Shown: positions 9,494-19,493 of the stretch, one piece after another
How the letters are laid out: every line of letters begins with the position of its first letter
Position numbering within the stretch: position 1 is the stretch's first letter
Assembly: GCA_963666275.2 (NCBI GenBank)
Contig: CAXXOA010000002.1
Span: forward strand, 1,856,001-1,920,000
Length of the DNA stretch: 64,000 bases
Source of the DNA: Oceanispirochaeta sp.
Lineage (GTDB): Bacteria > Spirochaetota > Spirochaetia > DSM-2461
Reading direction: 5' to 3'
The notes under the pieces: generated by a model
Told to the model about the DNA's origin: nothing
Database searches by the model: none
What the model saw: only the letters and a program-made list of their open reading frames with translations
Made by a program: the position numbers and the translations under genes

Positions 9494-10681
9494 TTACTTG
9501 AGGGATACCTGGATGATGTTTTCCTCGTTGCGGATTTTTTCAAGTACCGCTGCGGAGGGGGCTTCGTCCAGTTTCAGGGTGCATATGGCCGCTTTTCCAC
9601 CGGAGAAGATGGAGTTTTCCATCTCTTCGATGTTGATGCTGGCGCTGCGCAGCTGATCCAGGACTCCTGCCAGGACACCCACTTTGTTGTAGTGGCGGAT
9701 GACCAGGTTGATCACGCCGCTGCTCTTTTCCTGATGGTTTACCATATGGAGGGGTTTTCCTGTCTCTTTGTAGGCCGAGACGATATTGACCACTTCGGCG
9801 GCTATCGCTTCAGAGGCCTGGTCTGTGGAGGCTCCGATATGGTGGGTGCCAGTGATGGCTGAAGCCAGTTCACTGTCGCTGAAGGCATTGTCACTGGCTC
9901 CGGGTTCATTTTCATACACATCCAGAGCGACTTTCAGGCTTTTGGTTCTGATGGCTTCCTTCAGTGCAGCTGTGTCGACCACTTCCCCCCGGGAGGTGTT
10001 CACAAGAATGGCCCCCTCTTTCATGGTATCCAGGATCTCTTTGCCGATAAAGTGGGCCGTGTCTTTTCCTGCGGCCAGGTGGATACTCAGGACATCTGCT
10101 TTTGAGGCGGCTTCTACAGGGGTGGCACAGTATTCCACGCCCCAGTCTTTCGCTTTTTCGGGGGTCAGGCTCCGTGACCAGGCGGCAACATGCATGCCGA
10201 AGGCTCTGGCTCTGTCGGCGGTACCTCTTCCGATGGAACCCATGCCGATAACAGAGAGGGTTCTTCCTTTCAGTCCCGAGGCTTTTCCGTAGAGCTTTTT
10301 ATTCCAGACTCCGTTCCTCAGGTCCATTGTGCCGTCTGCGATTCTTCTGTCGGCGGCAATCATCAGGCCCATGGCCAGTTCGGCTACGGCATCGGCGTTC
10401 TTTCCCGGACAGTTGGCCACATGGATTCCTCTCAATGAGGCCTCATTCAGGTCTATCGTATTGACCCCGGCTCCGGCTCTGATAATCAGAGAGAGATCGG
10501 TTCCGTTGGTAATGGTCTGGGCGCTCACTTTGGTGGACCGTACGATAAGAACTTCCGCATCCCCGATGGCTCCGGGGAGATCATCCGCTGTCAGAGCGGG
10601 TTCAAAAGTAATGTCTGCTCCCAGGGCCTTCAGGTCCTCAAGAGCTGTGTCGGATAATTTGTCTGCTATCAGTATTTTCAT
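9494..10681 (-). CDS. serA: D-3-phosphoglycerate dehydrogenase-like 2-hydroxyacid dehydrogenase with C-terminal ACT domain
   Basis: IVRSTKV, RAGAGVNTID, GMGSIG, NTSRGEVVD, HIGAST, ACT motif HYNKVGVLA. Confidence 0.75.
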   Translation of the reverse strand: MKILIADKLSDTALEDLKALGADITFEPALTADDLPGAIGDAEVLIVRSTKVSAQTITNGTDLSLIIRAGAGVNTIDLNEASLRGIHVANCPGKNADAVAELAMGLMIAADRRIADGTMDLRNGVWNKKLYGKASGLKGRTLSVIGMGSIGRGTADRARAFGMHVAAWSRSLTPEKAKDWGVEYCATPVEAASKADVLSIHLAAGKDTAHFIGKEILDTMKEGAILVNTSRGEVVDTAALKEAIRTKSLKVALDVYENEPGASDNAFSDSELASAITGTHHIGASTDQASEAIAAEVVNIVSAYKETGKPLHMVNHQEKSSGVINLVIRHYNKVGVLAGVLDQLRSASINIEEMENSIFSGGKAAICTLKLDEAPSAAVLEKIRNEENIIQVSLK

Positions 10682-10789
10682 AAAATTCAGGATAATCCTC
10701 TTTGATCGGGCTGTAAAGTTTTATTTGATCAATTTCTTCAAATATAAATGAGGTATTCCGCAAATTGTAAGTTTTAGAAAAACCCGGGG

Positions 10790-11101
10790 TTACTTGCAGA
10801 CATTCCGGAAGACCATCAGGGCTTCCATCATCCGGGGAAATCCCGCGGTCGGGGCGATCATCAGGATGGCATGCTCAATTTCCGCCTCGGTGCATCCGGC
10901 TTTCAGAGCCTTCTCTATGTGGGTCTGCAGAGCATATTCGTACTGGGAAGAGGCGGATACGGCTACTTTGATGAGCCAGCGGGTTTTTTCTTCCAGAGGA
11001 CCGCCTTTTTCGTGAAGTTCCTTGCCGAAGTCTTCGTAGGCCTTGTAGATTTCAGGATGGTTCTCTTTGAAATATTTCAGGTTTTTGCTTTTTTCGCTCA
11101 T
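10790..11101 (-). CDS. Carboxymuconolactone decarboxylase (CMD/AhpD-like) family protein
   Basis: GPLEEKTRWLIKVAVSA...HIEKALKAGCTEAEIEHAI....PTAGFP; AAGGAG RBS before ATG 11101. Confidence 0.85.
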   Translation of the reverse strand: MSEKSKNLKYFKENHPEIYKAYEDFGKELHEKGGPLEEKTRWLIKVAVSASSQYEYALQTHIEKALKAGCTEAEIEHAILMIAPTAGFPRMMEALMVFRNVCK

Positions 11102-11158
11102 GGGATTCTCCTTTTCTATAACTCTGGTGAAAAACCAGGGGATGCGCAAGATTTTTTT

Positions 11159-13030
11159 TCAGTATCGTATCCCCAGCTGGGGAGCGTAACGGATCTCCGG
11201 ACCCAGAAAAATACGGTTGTCCAGGTACCAGGTCTGACGTTTTCCCAGATAGGCGGCTCCCAGGTTTAATCCGTACCTGGGAATCAGGCCTCCCTCCAGA
11301 GAATCGGTCAGATCGGCGAATACTCCTCCGTACAGATCCGTTTTTTCACCTATCCTATAGAAATAGTCAGATTCCAGAGGGAACGAGAAAACCCCTTCCG
11401 TACTCCCGGATTCGCTGGAGATGCGGAATTCCACAGATGATCGGAGTCCGACTCTTCCCCGGTAGAACCGCCAGAGAACCCCCAGACTCGTCCAGGATCC
11501 GCCTCCCAGTCCCAGAGTTAATTGAAAAGGTTCAATCTGCCTGCTGCTCAAACCTTCCAGAATCCTGGCATCCAGATCCCAGTCGGCCAGGAAATAGGCT
11601 GTCACCTCTCCGGTTGTCTCTTTTGTCACATCATCCACGGTGACAGTGGATTTGCGGTAGTCTTCATCCAGATAGGGAAGCCTCTGCCTCGATAAATTCA
11701 CCCTGGCTTTTTTTCTTTCATAATCCGTCAGAATAAGCAATTTGTGGTTCCGGGTCTCCTCCAGAAAATCCTCGCTGATTTTAAGACTCTCTTTCAGTAG
11801 TTTGAGAAGCTTCCGACGGATCTTCCTCTCACTCCAGTCCTGCTCGAATATATGCCGGATCTCAGGGAACTCCCTGTCATAACCGAAACCTGTGGGAGAG
11901 TCAAAAGCAAAGGCCGTTTCAATAAGCTCTTCATAGATCTGACGGCCCTTTTCCAGCTCCTTCTCTTCAAACGCCGTGATTGCCTGCATCCTTCTCAGGG
12001 CACAGTAGAACCGGCCGTTTAACAGGGCTTCCTGCCGCATGCCCTCATGGTCGCTTTCAAGGTAGATCCTGAGGGACTCTCTGATATATTCAGGATCTAC
12101 CTCAGGGCTTTCCTCTTCCATTCTCCACCACTCATTCTTCAGCAGCCAGTGATCTTTGATCTCTCTGAAACGGCGTATCTCCCCGGTCAGATTGTCTGTC
12201 AGGAAGGGAAACGTCTCCAGATAGGAGAGGATTCGCAGTTCATAGGGGATTTCCTCTCTTTGGGACTCACTTTTATAGAGCGAGACAATCCTGTCATAGG
12301 TTTCGTTCAGGTCTTTTTTTTCATGGGGGAGCAGATCGGGAATGGCAAACTCCAGATTTTGTGTTTCCCCTTCTGTGATTGTAATATTCCGGCTGAAAAT
12401 CGTTTCCTGACTGCCGAAGCGCAGCTGCCTGATTTCAAGTTCATACTCTCCGATTAGAACTCTATCAAGCCGTTTTATCGATTCTCCCAGGGGGATACCA
12501 TTCAGATACAGAGAGTAGACACTCTCCAGACCGCTGTTTTCCAGGATCAGAGAACCGAATCCCCAGTGGCGATCGCTGAAGGAGTTTAAAAGAGCGAGGA
12601 TCAGTTCATCCGATGTATCAAAGACACTGAGAATTCCCGGTGCCGTTCTCTCTACCCTGGTTGTCTGCTCTCCCTCTACAGGGTTGTACAGGGTCAGGGT
12701 AAAGCGGATTTCTCCCGGTTCTGTGAGATCCATCTCTCCGTAGATCAGATTATCAAAGAATTCATTCCGTGAGTAAGCGGTCAGGTCCTCCCGGGTCATG
12801 GTCCGGCTTTTCAGATTGTTCAGACTTGTTACCCGGAAATTTCCCGAGAGACGGAGGGTCTGCACCAGTGTATCCGTAACAGTCCCGGCTATGGCATTGT
12901 ACTGATCCTGCCCTGTGAGGTTCCGGACTTCCGCAATCAGAATGGCCGGAAGGGGCAGATCTGTGCTCTCTTCTCCGTAGAGAAATGAAAAAGAGGCAAT
13001 CAGGAATAGCAGGGTTATTATTCTGTTCAT
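11159..13030 (-). CDS. Hypothetical exported multidomain protein (TolB_N/CsgG-like N-terminus, PEGA-like segment, beta-rich C-terminus)
   Basis: Signal peptide; VRNLTGQDQYNAIA..VTDTL; LYLNG..LG....L..V.IGEYELEI; ends LGIRY. Domain calls are tentative. Confidence 0.55.
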   Translation of the reverse strand: MNRIITLLFLIASFSFLYGEESTDLPLPAILIAEVRNLTGQDQYNAIAGTVTDTLVQTLRLSGNFRVTSLNNLKSRTMTREDLTAYSRNEFFDNLIYGEMDLTEPGEIRFTLTLYNPVEGEQTTRVERTAPGILSVFDTSDELILALLNSFSDRHWGFGSLILENSGLESVYSLYLNGIPLGESIKRLDRVLIGEYELEIRQLRFGSQETIFSRNITITEGETQNLEFAIPDLLPHEKKDLNETYDRIVSLYKSESQREEIPYELRILSYLETFPFLTDNLTGEIRRFREIKDHWLLKNEWWRMEEESPEVDPEYIRESLRIYLESDHEGMRQEALLNGRFYCALRRMQAITAFEEKELEKGRQIYEELIETAFAFDSPTGFGYDREFPEIRHIFEQDWSERKIRRKLLKLLKESLKISEDFLEETRNHKLLILTDYERKKARVNLSRQRLPYLDEDYRKSTVTVDDVTKETTGEVTAYFLADWDLDARILEGLSSRQIEPFQLTLGLGGGSWTSLGVLWRFYRGRVGLRSSVEFRISSESGSTEGVFSFPLESDYFYRIGEKTDLYGGVFADLTDSLEGGLIPRYGLNLGAAYLGKRQTWYLDNRIFLGPEIRYAPQLGIRY

Positions 13031-13110
13031 CTAATAAAAATACTATCTCCGGTTTCATCCAATTGCAACTCCTCTTTTCCTCGGTGTTGGTTTGGTCTAT
13101 TCTTTAGGGA

Positions 13111-14598
13111 ATGAAAAAGCATATATTCCTTTCTTTGATACTTGTTCTTATCTGTGCATCTCCTTTCTATGCCCAGAAAAGAGGCATGAGTGAATACCCT
13201 GAACTCCGTTCCGGCGAGTCCGTGGACGGTGTGATCCGTACCGGTTCCAACAGCTGGTACGAAACCTATCAGATCCGGATCACCCCCCGGATGACAGGGA
13301 TCCGCCTGAAATTGAGCAATGCCCCGGCGGATCTGGACCTCTATTTCCGCTATGGTGCTCCCATGGACGACTACTCCCAGGCGGATGCCTACAGCGAAAC
13401 CGAACGGTACAACGAGGAGCTCTCCCTCTACCGTTATGACGATTCGGGAATGGAGAACGGGTATGCCTATATCGATGTGGCCTATATGTTTGACTCCAGG
13501 CCCCAGGAGGGGCAGCAGATTCTCGAGGATATTCCCTTTACCCTCAGTTACGAAGCGGTGTTCTATGAGCTCCAGGAGGAACTCTCTCCGGGAGACGCTC
13601 AGGCAGGGGCTCTGGAGCCGGAAAAGTTTATGATCCAGACCTTTCCTGTTGCAATCCCTTCGGACGCGGAGGTTCTCAGGATCGATCTGCTGGATGCCAC
13701 GGGAGATCTGGATGTGATGGTTTCGACCATACCCGTGATCTCTTCGGAAGACTATCCTCTTATTAAAGCCGATTCTGTTGTGGGCAACGAGAGTGTCCTG
13801 GTTCAGCTCGAAAGGAAATACAGGGGGGAAACCCTTTTTGTCACAGTTATGGACCCTATTGCGTCGGACAGAAAACAGACCTACCGGATTATCGCCGGAT
13901 TCTCGGAGGAACCCCAGTGGGAGGTACCGGCTCTGCCGGAGTTCGATTTGCAGTCCTCCTCCCGGGACAGGGCTCTGCAGGCGACGGTTGAGCTGATATC
14001 TCCCAGCGGCGGAGGATCCGGAACGATTGTCTCTCCGAAGGGACTGATCCTTACCAATTACCATGTCATCGAGAATAAGACAGGGGGTGTTCATGACCGG
14101 GTTGTGGTGGCTAGGGTGGAGGACCTCTATCGGCCGACCCGGGAAACCTTCTATGCCCGTGTCCTGGAATCTTCAGAGATTCTGGACTGCGCTCTTCTAC
14201 AGGTGGAGTCGGGCTATTACGGTCAGCCTCTTCCCCGGGACTATCAGTTTCCCTGGTACAGAACGGCCAGAGCCGAAGATCTCTCCCTGGGGGATGAGAT
14301 CCGTATCCTGGGGTTTCCCGTGATCGGCGGCTCGGGCTCCCGGGCCACAGTGAATCTCTCCCGGGGGATCCTTTCGGGGGGAGAGCGGGTGGAGGACCTT
14401 CTGGTTCTGAAAACAGATGCGAAAATCAGCAGCGGCAACTCCGGGGGAGCCGCCACAGATGAGAGGTTTCGTCTTATCGGGATTCCCTCCTTTGTGATAG
14501 AGGAGGGCGGGGAGAATATCGGATACATTATCCCCCTGAGTTCCCTGCCTGATGACTGGGTTTCCCGGTATTTTCCCTCTGGACTGTTTACCCCGTAG
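13111..14598 (+). CDS. Secreted trypsin-like (S1C) serine protease with two N-terminal PPC-like domains
   Basis: ADLDLY and GDLDVMV PPC motifs; catalytic TNYHV, LDCAL, GNSGG. Confidence 0.85.
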   Translation: MKKHIFLSLILVLICASPFYAQKRGMSEYPELRSGESVDGVIRTGSNSWYETYQIRITPRMTGIRLKLSNAPADLDLYFRYGAPMDDYSQADAYSETERYNEELSLYRYDDSGMENGYAYIDVAYMFDSRPQEGQQILEDIPFTLSYEAVFYELQEELSPGDAQAGALEPEKFMIQTFPVAIPSDAEVLRIDLLDATGDLDVMVSTIPVISSEDYPLIKADSVVGNESVLVQLERKYRGETLFVTVMDPIASDRKQTYRIIAGFSEEPQWEVPALPEFDLQSSSRDRALQATVELISPSGGGSGTIVSPKGLILTNYHVIENKTGGVHDRVVVARVEDLYRPTRETFYARVLESSEILDCALLQVESGYYGQPLPRDYQFPWYRTARAEDLSLGDEIRILGFPVIGGSGSRATVNLSRGILSGGERVEDLLVLKTDAKISSGNSGGAATDERFRLIGIPSFVIEEGGENIGYIIPLSSLPDDWVSRYFPSGLFTP

Positions 14599-14649
14599 AG
14601 GGATAGGTTCCCTCATGAGAGATGCTCTTCAGGGATGTTACAAGACGAG

Positions 14650-14997
14650 CTATAGATAGGTTTTGTAATTGTGTCCCAGAGCCTTTCCCAATCTTCTGGC
14701 TAGATCAGGGGATATATTCCGGCGACCTCTTTCAATATCGGAAATATATTGTTTTGATCTTCCCCCTACGGTGTTTCCCAGTTCTTTCTGGGATAAGCCG
14801 GAATTCCTCCGATGAATTTCTACAGTTTCTCCCGGAGAGGGACTCATCTCACGAAATCAGTTCGTATCTGTTATATCAATAAGTTCTTCATCATCCCGGA
14901 TAATTTCTATCTGGTCTTCACTAAAATCTTTTCTGAGAAATTCCAGTAAAGGGGCATATTCATCTCCAACTCCTTCAAGATCTTTAAGAATACTCAC
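14650..14997 (-). pseudogene. XRE-family HTH protein (antitoxin-like) with an internal TGA
   Basis: One frame reads ...DDEELIDITDTN*FREMSPSPGETVEIHRRNSGLSQKELG...ISDIERGRRNIS; TGA at 14859-14857; start position uncertain. Confidence 0.7.
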
Positions 14998-15099
14998 TGA
15001 TAGAATTGGCTTCCTGCTTCAGAAATGGACCCTTCTCTGCTTTCTTTTTTAAATGTGTCTGGACTGTTCTTCCCTCAGGGATTATTCTGAGTTTCTGAT

Positions 15100-15456
15100 A
15101 TGTACCTGAAACTGCCTGTGAAATCTGTTTTCCTATTCCTTCTCTTTTTTCTCTTCCAGTGGGGGGGGCAGTTCACTGCTGCGGCGGCTGCCGGGGCCGA
15201 CGGGGATCGGAAACTCCTTTTTACAGCTCTCCTTTACATCTGCTTTCTCACCCGGGGAGGAATCTGGCTCTTTGTTCTGAGAGACATTCCCCTTACCTGG
15301 GCATTTTCACTTGCCAGTCTGGGATACCTTGTCATTCCGGTTCTCTCCTATTTCATACTGGAAGAACCTTTCAGGCCGGGGTATCTTCCCGGAGGTCTCC
15401 TGATCCTGGGGGGAGTCTCCCTTTACGGGCTTGCCCGGCAGAGGAGCGGAGCATGA
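15100..15456 (+). CDS. Small EamA/SMR-like membrane protein (ArnE/ArnF-like)
   Basis: 4 TM; WLFVLRDIPLTWAFSLASLGY....LSYFILEEP resembles the L...PLS.AYP..SL motif. Confidence 0.7.
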   Translation: MYLKLPVKSVFLFLLFFLFQWGGQFTAAAAAGADGDRKLLFTALLYICFLTRGGIWLFVLRDIPLTWAFSLASLGYLVIPVLSYFILEEPFRPGYLPGGLLILGGVSLYGLARQRSGA

Positions 15457-15818
15457 ATCATCCTGAATTTATCCGGGCCCTGGGACTTATGATTCTTATG
15501 GCCGCCATGACATCGGGAGGGCAGGTGCTGATCAAACTGGGTCTGAATAAAACAGGACCGGCAAAGGGTCTCCGGGGGATGATCTTCGCCTGCCTGCAGC
15601 CTTCGGTACTGACGGGGCTGTGTCTGGCTCTGGGAGCGCCCCTTGTCTACCTGAAAGCCCTGGCCCTTATGGGGCTCAGCTCGGTCTACGGACTGAACGG
15701 GATCTCCTACTTTTTTGTCTATGCCCTCTCCCGTACTGTGCTTCATGAAAAAGGCTCTCTCCTGCATCTGGCAGGGCTGATTCTCATTGCCGGAGGGATA
15801 GTGGTCTGGTCGATCTGA
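15453..15818 (+). CDS. Small EamA/SMR-like membrane protein (ArnE/ArnF-like partner)
   Basis: GQVLIKLG N-terminal motif, 4 TM, L.EK....HLAGLILIAGG; ATGA overlap. Confidence 0.7.
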   Translation: MNHPEFIRALGLMILMAAMTSGGQVLIKLGLNKTGPAKGLRGMIFACLQPSVLTGLCLALGAPLVYLKALALMGLSSVYGLNGISYFFVYALSRTVLHEKGSLLHLAGLILIAGGIVVWSI

Positions 15819-16540
15819 GTGTGGTTATTCCTGTTTACAACGGAGAGGAGGGACTGGTTTCTCTTGTGGATTCCCTGATCCCCCATCTGGATCAGACGGG
15901 ACTGAACTGGGAGATCTTTTTTGTGGACGACGGATCCGGGGACGGCAGTTTTCCCCTGATCCGGGAGATGCACAGGAGGGATTCCCGTATCCGGGGCTGC
16001 GCTCTTGCCGAAAACAGAGGTCAGCAGAATGCCCTCTACTGCGGACTGGTCTCCTCGTCGGGAAACTATGTCATTACCATGGATGACGACGGTCAGCACC
16101 CTGTGGATCAGATCCCCCTGCTGATAGGGAAACTGGAGGAGGGTTACGATGCGGTTTATTCGGTCAACCGGGATCCCTGCAGACCGGCTGTTTTGCGTCT
16201 GGGAACCGCCGGGACCGGACTGTTCTTTACCCTGTTCTGCCGGAAACCCCGGGGGGTGGAGATAGGCAGTTACCGCATACTCCGGCGGGAAATCATTGAG
16301 AGCTTTCCCCCGGCAGCCGGCGGCTTCGTCTATGTTTCAGCCCTTCTGTTTGCCTCTTCGCCCCCGCCCCGGGTCTGTTCGTTCCGCTATCAGCGGAGGG
16401 AGACGGGATCAGGAAGGCAGAGCCGCTTCTCCCTGGGAGGCCGATTTAAAGTTTTCCGGAAGCTTTTCCTCTATTACGGCCCCCTGCGCCGTTTTATGCC
16501 TTTAAAGGGAGAGCCTTTCCGGATAGGGGAGAAACTATGA
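15806..16540 (+). CDS. GT2 polyprenyl-phosphate glycosyltransferase (ArnC/GtrB/DPM-like)
   Basis: DLSVVIPVYN, VDDGS.D.S, NRGQQNAL..G, TMDDDGQH; start uncertain (CTG 15806/15815 or GTG 15821). Confidence 0.85.
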   Translation: MVDLSVVIPVYNGEEGLVSLVDSLIPHLDQTGLNWEIFFVDDGSGDGSFPLIREMHRRDSRIRGCALAENRGQQNALYCGLVSSSGNYVITMDDDGQHPVDQIPLLIGKLEEGYDAVYSVNRDPCRPAVLRLGTAGTGLFFTLFCRKPRGVEIGSYRILRREIIESFPPAAGGFVYVSALLFASSPPPRVCSFRYQRRETGSGRQSRFSLGGRFKVFRKLFLYYGPLRRFMPLKGEPFRIGEKL

Positions 16541-17795
16541 TCCTTCATATGCTGGGGGAGGTCCCGCCCAGACGGGAATTATTCTCAGGGCCCGGGAACT
16601 GGGGCACAAAATCATCGTATCCGACAGGAATCTTCAGGCTCCGGGTGTTCTCCTGGCAGACTATCCCTCGGGAGCCAGCTCTTTTGATTCCCCGGCGGTT
16701 CTGGAAGATGCCCGGAAGTACGGTGCACAGGCTCTTATGACCGCCGGGACGGACCAGCCCGTACTGACGGCGGCCCGAGTTTCGGAAATCAGGAAGCTGC
16801 CCTATTTTCTTACAGTGGATCAGGCCCTGATGGTGACCAATAAAAAGGTCATGAAACAGGCCATGGCTCAGCGGGGAATCCCCACCATGAAGTTCACCTT
16901 TCTGAAAAAGGGGTTCCGGGAGGAAGACCTGGCAGGCCTCTCTTTTCCTCTGGTAATAAAACCTCTGGACAGTCAGGGACAGAGGGGGGTCCTGAAAGTG
17001 GATAATCCCGAAGAGATCCGGAATCATCTGGACCATGTCCTCTCCTTTTCCCGGGAAGAGGAGATCCTGGCGGAGGAGTATTATCCTTCCGTGGAACTCA
17101 CCGTTTCCGGATGGGTGGAAAAGGGGCGCTCCCATATCCTTTCACTCACTGACAGGGTGACCATAGACAACGGACCCCACCTGGGAGTCTGTCTCTCCCA
17201 CCGCTATCCCTCTGTGAGGGATCATGATTCTAAAACCCTGGAAGCCCTCACCCAGGAGCTGACCTGCATGATCGGACTGGAAGAGGGACCCCTCTATTTT
17301 CAGATTCTCTACGGAGAGAGGGGGTACCGGGTCAATGAGATTGCCTGCCGACTGGGAGGGGCCTATGAAGATGAGTTTATACCCTGGCTCTCCGGGGTGC
17401 CTCTCCGGGATCTCATGATTGAAATGACAAGTCGGGAAGGGTATAATACCGAGTCTCTCCGGGGAGTTCAGGAGCAGAAAAAAGGCAAGTTCCTCTCGGT
17501 TCAGATGTTTTTCTGCCGTCCCGGTATCATCCAGGCCCAGAGAGGGTTTGAGGAGGTTCTCTCCCGTGAGGGGATCCTCAGCGGAGCTTTCCTTCTGAAG
17601 GAGGGAACCCGGATCGTTCCCCGGCGGAATTCCACCCAGAGGGCGGGGTATTTTATTGCCTGTGCCGCCAGTGCGGAAGAGCTGAACCGCCGGATCCGGA
17701 ATGCCTACCGCTGTCTGAGCATTACAGATCCGGAGGACGGAGAGATGATACAGTTTGACCGGAGGATGCTCTTTCCCTATGAAAAGACATTGTAA
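16537..17795 (+). pseudogene. ATP-grasp domain protein split by a 1-nt frameshift in a G5 run
   Basis: Adding one G at 16554-16558 joins MILHMLGGGPAQ..I.RARELG..IIVSDRN to the ORF with TNKKVMK, PLVIKPLDSQGQRGV, EEY, NEIACRLGG. Confidence 0.8.
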
Positions 17796-18732
17796 CATCA
17801 GATCCCTCATTTTTATTCTCATATCCTGCTGTCTCATCCCTCTGGCACTCTTCTCCTGCCGTAAAAAAGAGGATTCAAATACAATTACCATAGCCGAACA
17901 GTACGGGCTGGCCTATGCGCCCCTGCAGATCATGAAAGCCAAAGGATTTCTGGAGGAGATGGACAGCTCCATCCGGGTCAACTGGGTGAAACTTGCCAAT
18001 ACCGCAGCCATCCGGGAGGCGGTCCTGGCGGGAGATGTGGATGCGGGGTTTATGGGAATCCCCCCCTTTCTGATCGGCCGGGATCAGAAAATGCCCTGGA
18101 AAATTGCCGCGGGACTCTCCCGGGCACCCCTGGGGCTGGTTGTTCCCGACGGAACGATTCAAACTCTGGAGGATTTTACAGGGGCCCGGAGAATAGCCCT
18201 TCCCCAGCCGGGGAGCATTCAGCACATCCTTCTGACCATGGCCCTGGACAGGAAATACGGGGATCCCTCATTCCTGGATGCACAGCTGGTTTCCATGAAG
18301 CACCCCGACGGGATGAACAGCCTTCTGAGCGGCAGCGTGCAGGGCCATTTCACCTCTCCCCCCTACCTGTTTCAGGAAGAAGACCAGCAGGGGTTTTCCC
18401 TGCTCCTCAGCGGAGAGGAGGCCTTCGGAGGCCCTTTTACCTTTATTGTCGGAGCGGTAACCGAAGAGTTCCGGGAGAGTCATCCTCTTTTATACAGCCG
18501 CTATCTGGAAGCCCTTGAAATGGCAGTGGATTATCTGAAGGAGTCTCCCCGTGAGAGCGCGCAGATCCTTGCGGAGTCCTACGGAATGGAACCCTCCCTG
18601 ATTGAAGAGTACCTTTCCCGGCCCGGTATGGTTTATGAAACTGAGGTCCGGGGAGTGGAGGAGTTCCTCGGTTTTATGAAGCGAACAGGAATGATCCATC
18701 ACATAGAAACAGCCGATGAGGTTTTCTTTTGA
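17779..18732 (+). CDS. NitT/TauT (SsuA/NMT1-like) ABC substrate-binding lipoprotein
   Basis: Lipobox LFSC; IAEQYGLAYAPL, IALPQPGSIQHILL, HFTSPPY. Confidence 0.85.
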   Translation: MKRHCNIRSLIFILISCCLIPLALFSCRKKEDSNTITIAEQYGLAYAPLQIMKAKGFLEEMDSSIRVNWVKLANTAAIREAVLAGDVDAGFMGIPPFLIGRDQKMPWKIAAGLSRAPLGLVVPDGTIQTLEDFTGARRIALPQPGSIQHILLTMALDRKYGDPSFLDAQLVSMKHPDGMNSLLSGSVQGHFTSPPYLFQEEDQQGFSLLLSGEEAFGGPFTFIVGAVTEEFRESHPLLYSRYLEALEMAVDYLKESPRESAQILAESYGMEPSLIEEYLSRPGMVYETEVRGVEEFLGFMKRTGMIHHIETADEVFF

Positions 18733-19493
18733 AATTTCCCTCCCGTCTTGTCTGGACCGCAGGAGCGCTGCTTCTCTGGTGGGGGATCTCCCTTTCCGGC
18801 CTGTTCCATCCCCTGGTACTCCCTTCTCCCGGGGAGGTTTTCAAACAGACCGGAAGGGATCTCCTGTCGGGAGAACTCCCTTCGAGTCTTTTCTTTTCAG
18901 TTAAAATGATCCTGCTGGCTTTTGTGCCGGCATTGATACTCTCTTTTCTGATGGCACTGCTGGCCAGGCAGTCGGAAAGAGCCGACCGGTTCTGGGAGTT
19001 CCTGTCCGCTCTGGCGCATCCCCTTCCCGGTATTGCCCTTCTGCCCCTGCTGATCCTCTGGACCGGTCTGGGAAGCCATATCATTGTCCTTATTGTTTTC
19101 CATTCCGTGGTCTGGCCTTTTTATATCAATATCCGCAGCGGTTTCAGGGAGGTTTCCACTCTCTGGATGGATCTGGGCCGGAACAATCAGCTCAGCCGTA
19201 GAGACACTCTGCTCTATATTCTGATCCCCGGAGCCTATCCCTCTATCCTGGCAGGGTTGAAAATCAGCTGGGCCCGTGCCTGGCGGGCGGTGATCGCCGC
19301 GGAAATGCTCTTCGGGACCATCGGCAGCACCGGCGGCCTGGGGTGGTATATCTACAATAAAAGGATCTTTATGGACACACCGGGACTCTACAGCGGTATC
19401 CTTATACTTATGGTTCTCGGTATCCTTGTGGAGGATTTGCTTTTCCTCCGGCTGGAAAAGAGGAAAAACAGAATATGGGGAGCCCTGAAATGA
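18729..19493 (+). CDS. NitT/TauT ABC permease
   Basis: LPSPGEV, HPLPGIALLPL, ARAWRAVIAAEM; TTGA overlap. Confidence 0.9.
   Translation: MKFPSRLVWTAGALLLWWGISLSGLFHPLVLPSPGEVFKQTGRDLLSGELPSSLFFSVKMILLAFVPALILSFLMALLARQSERADRFWEFLSALAHPLPGIALLPLLILWTGLGSHIIVLIVFHSVVWPFYINIRSGFREVSTLWMDLGRNNQLSRRDTLLYILIPGAYPSILAGLKISWARAWRAVIAAEMLFGTIGSTGGLGWYIYNKRIFMDTPGLYSGILILMVLGILVEDLLFLRLEKRKNRIWGALK

Noticed and set aside
8980..9862. ORFs 8980-9273, 9166-9438 and 9197-9862 with repeated peptide motifs
   Set aside because: They are translations of the REP/minisatellite DNA and the antisense of serA
14857..14859. Selenocysteine or TGA-to-Trp recoding
   Set aside because: The context is not a redox motif, and TGA is used as a normal stop throughout the window while TGG encodes Trp
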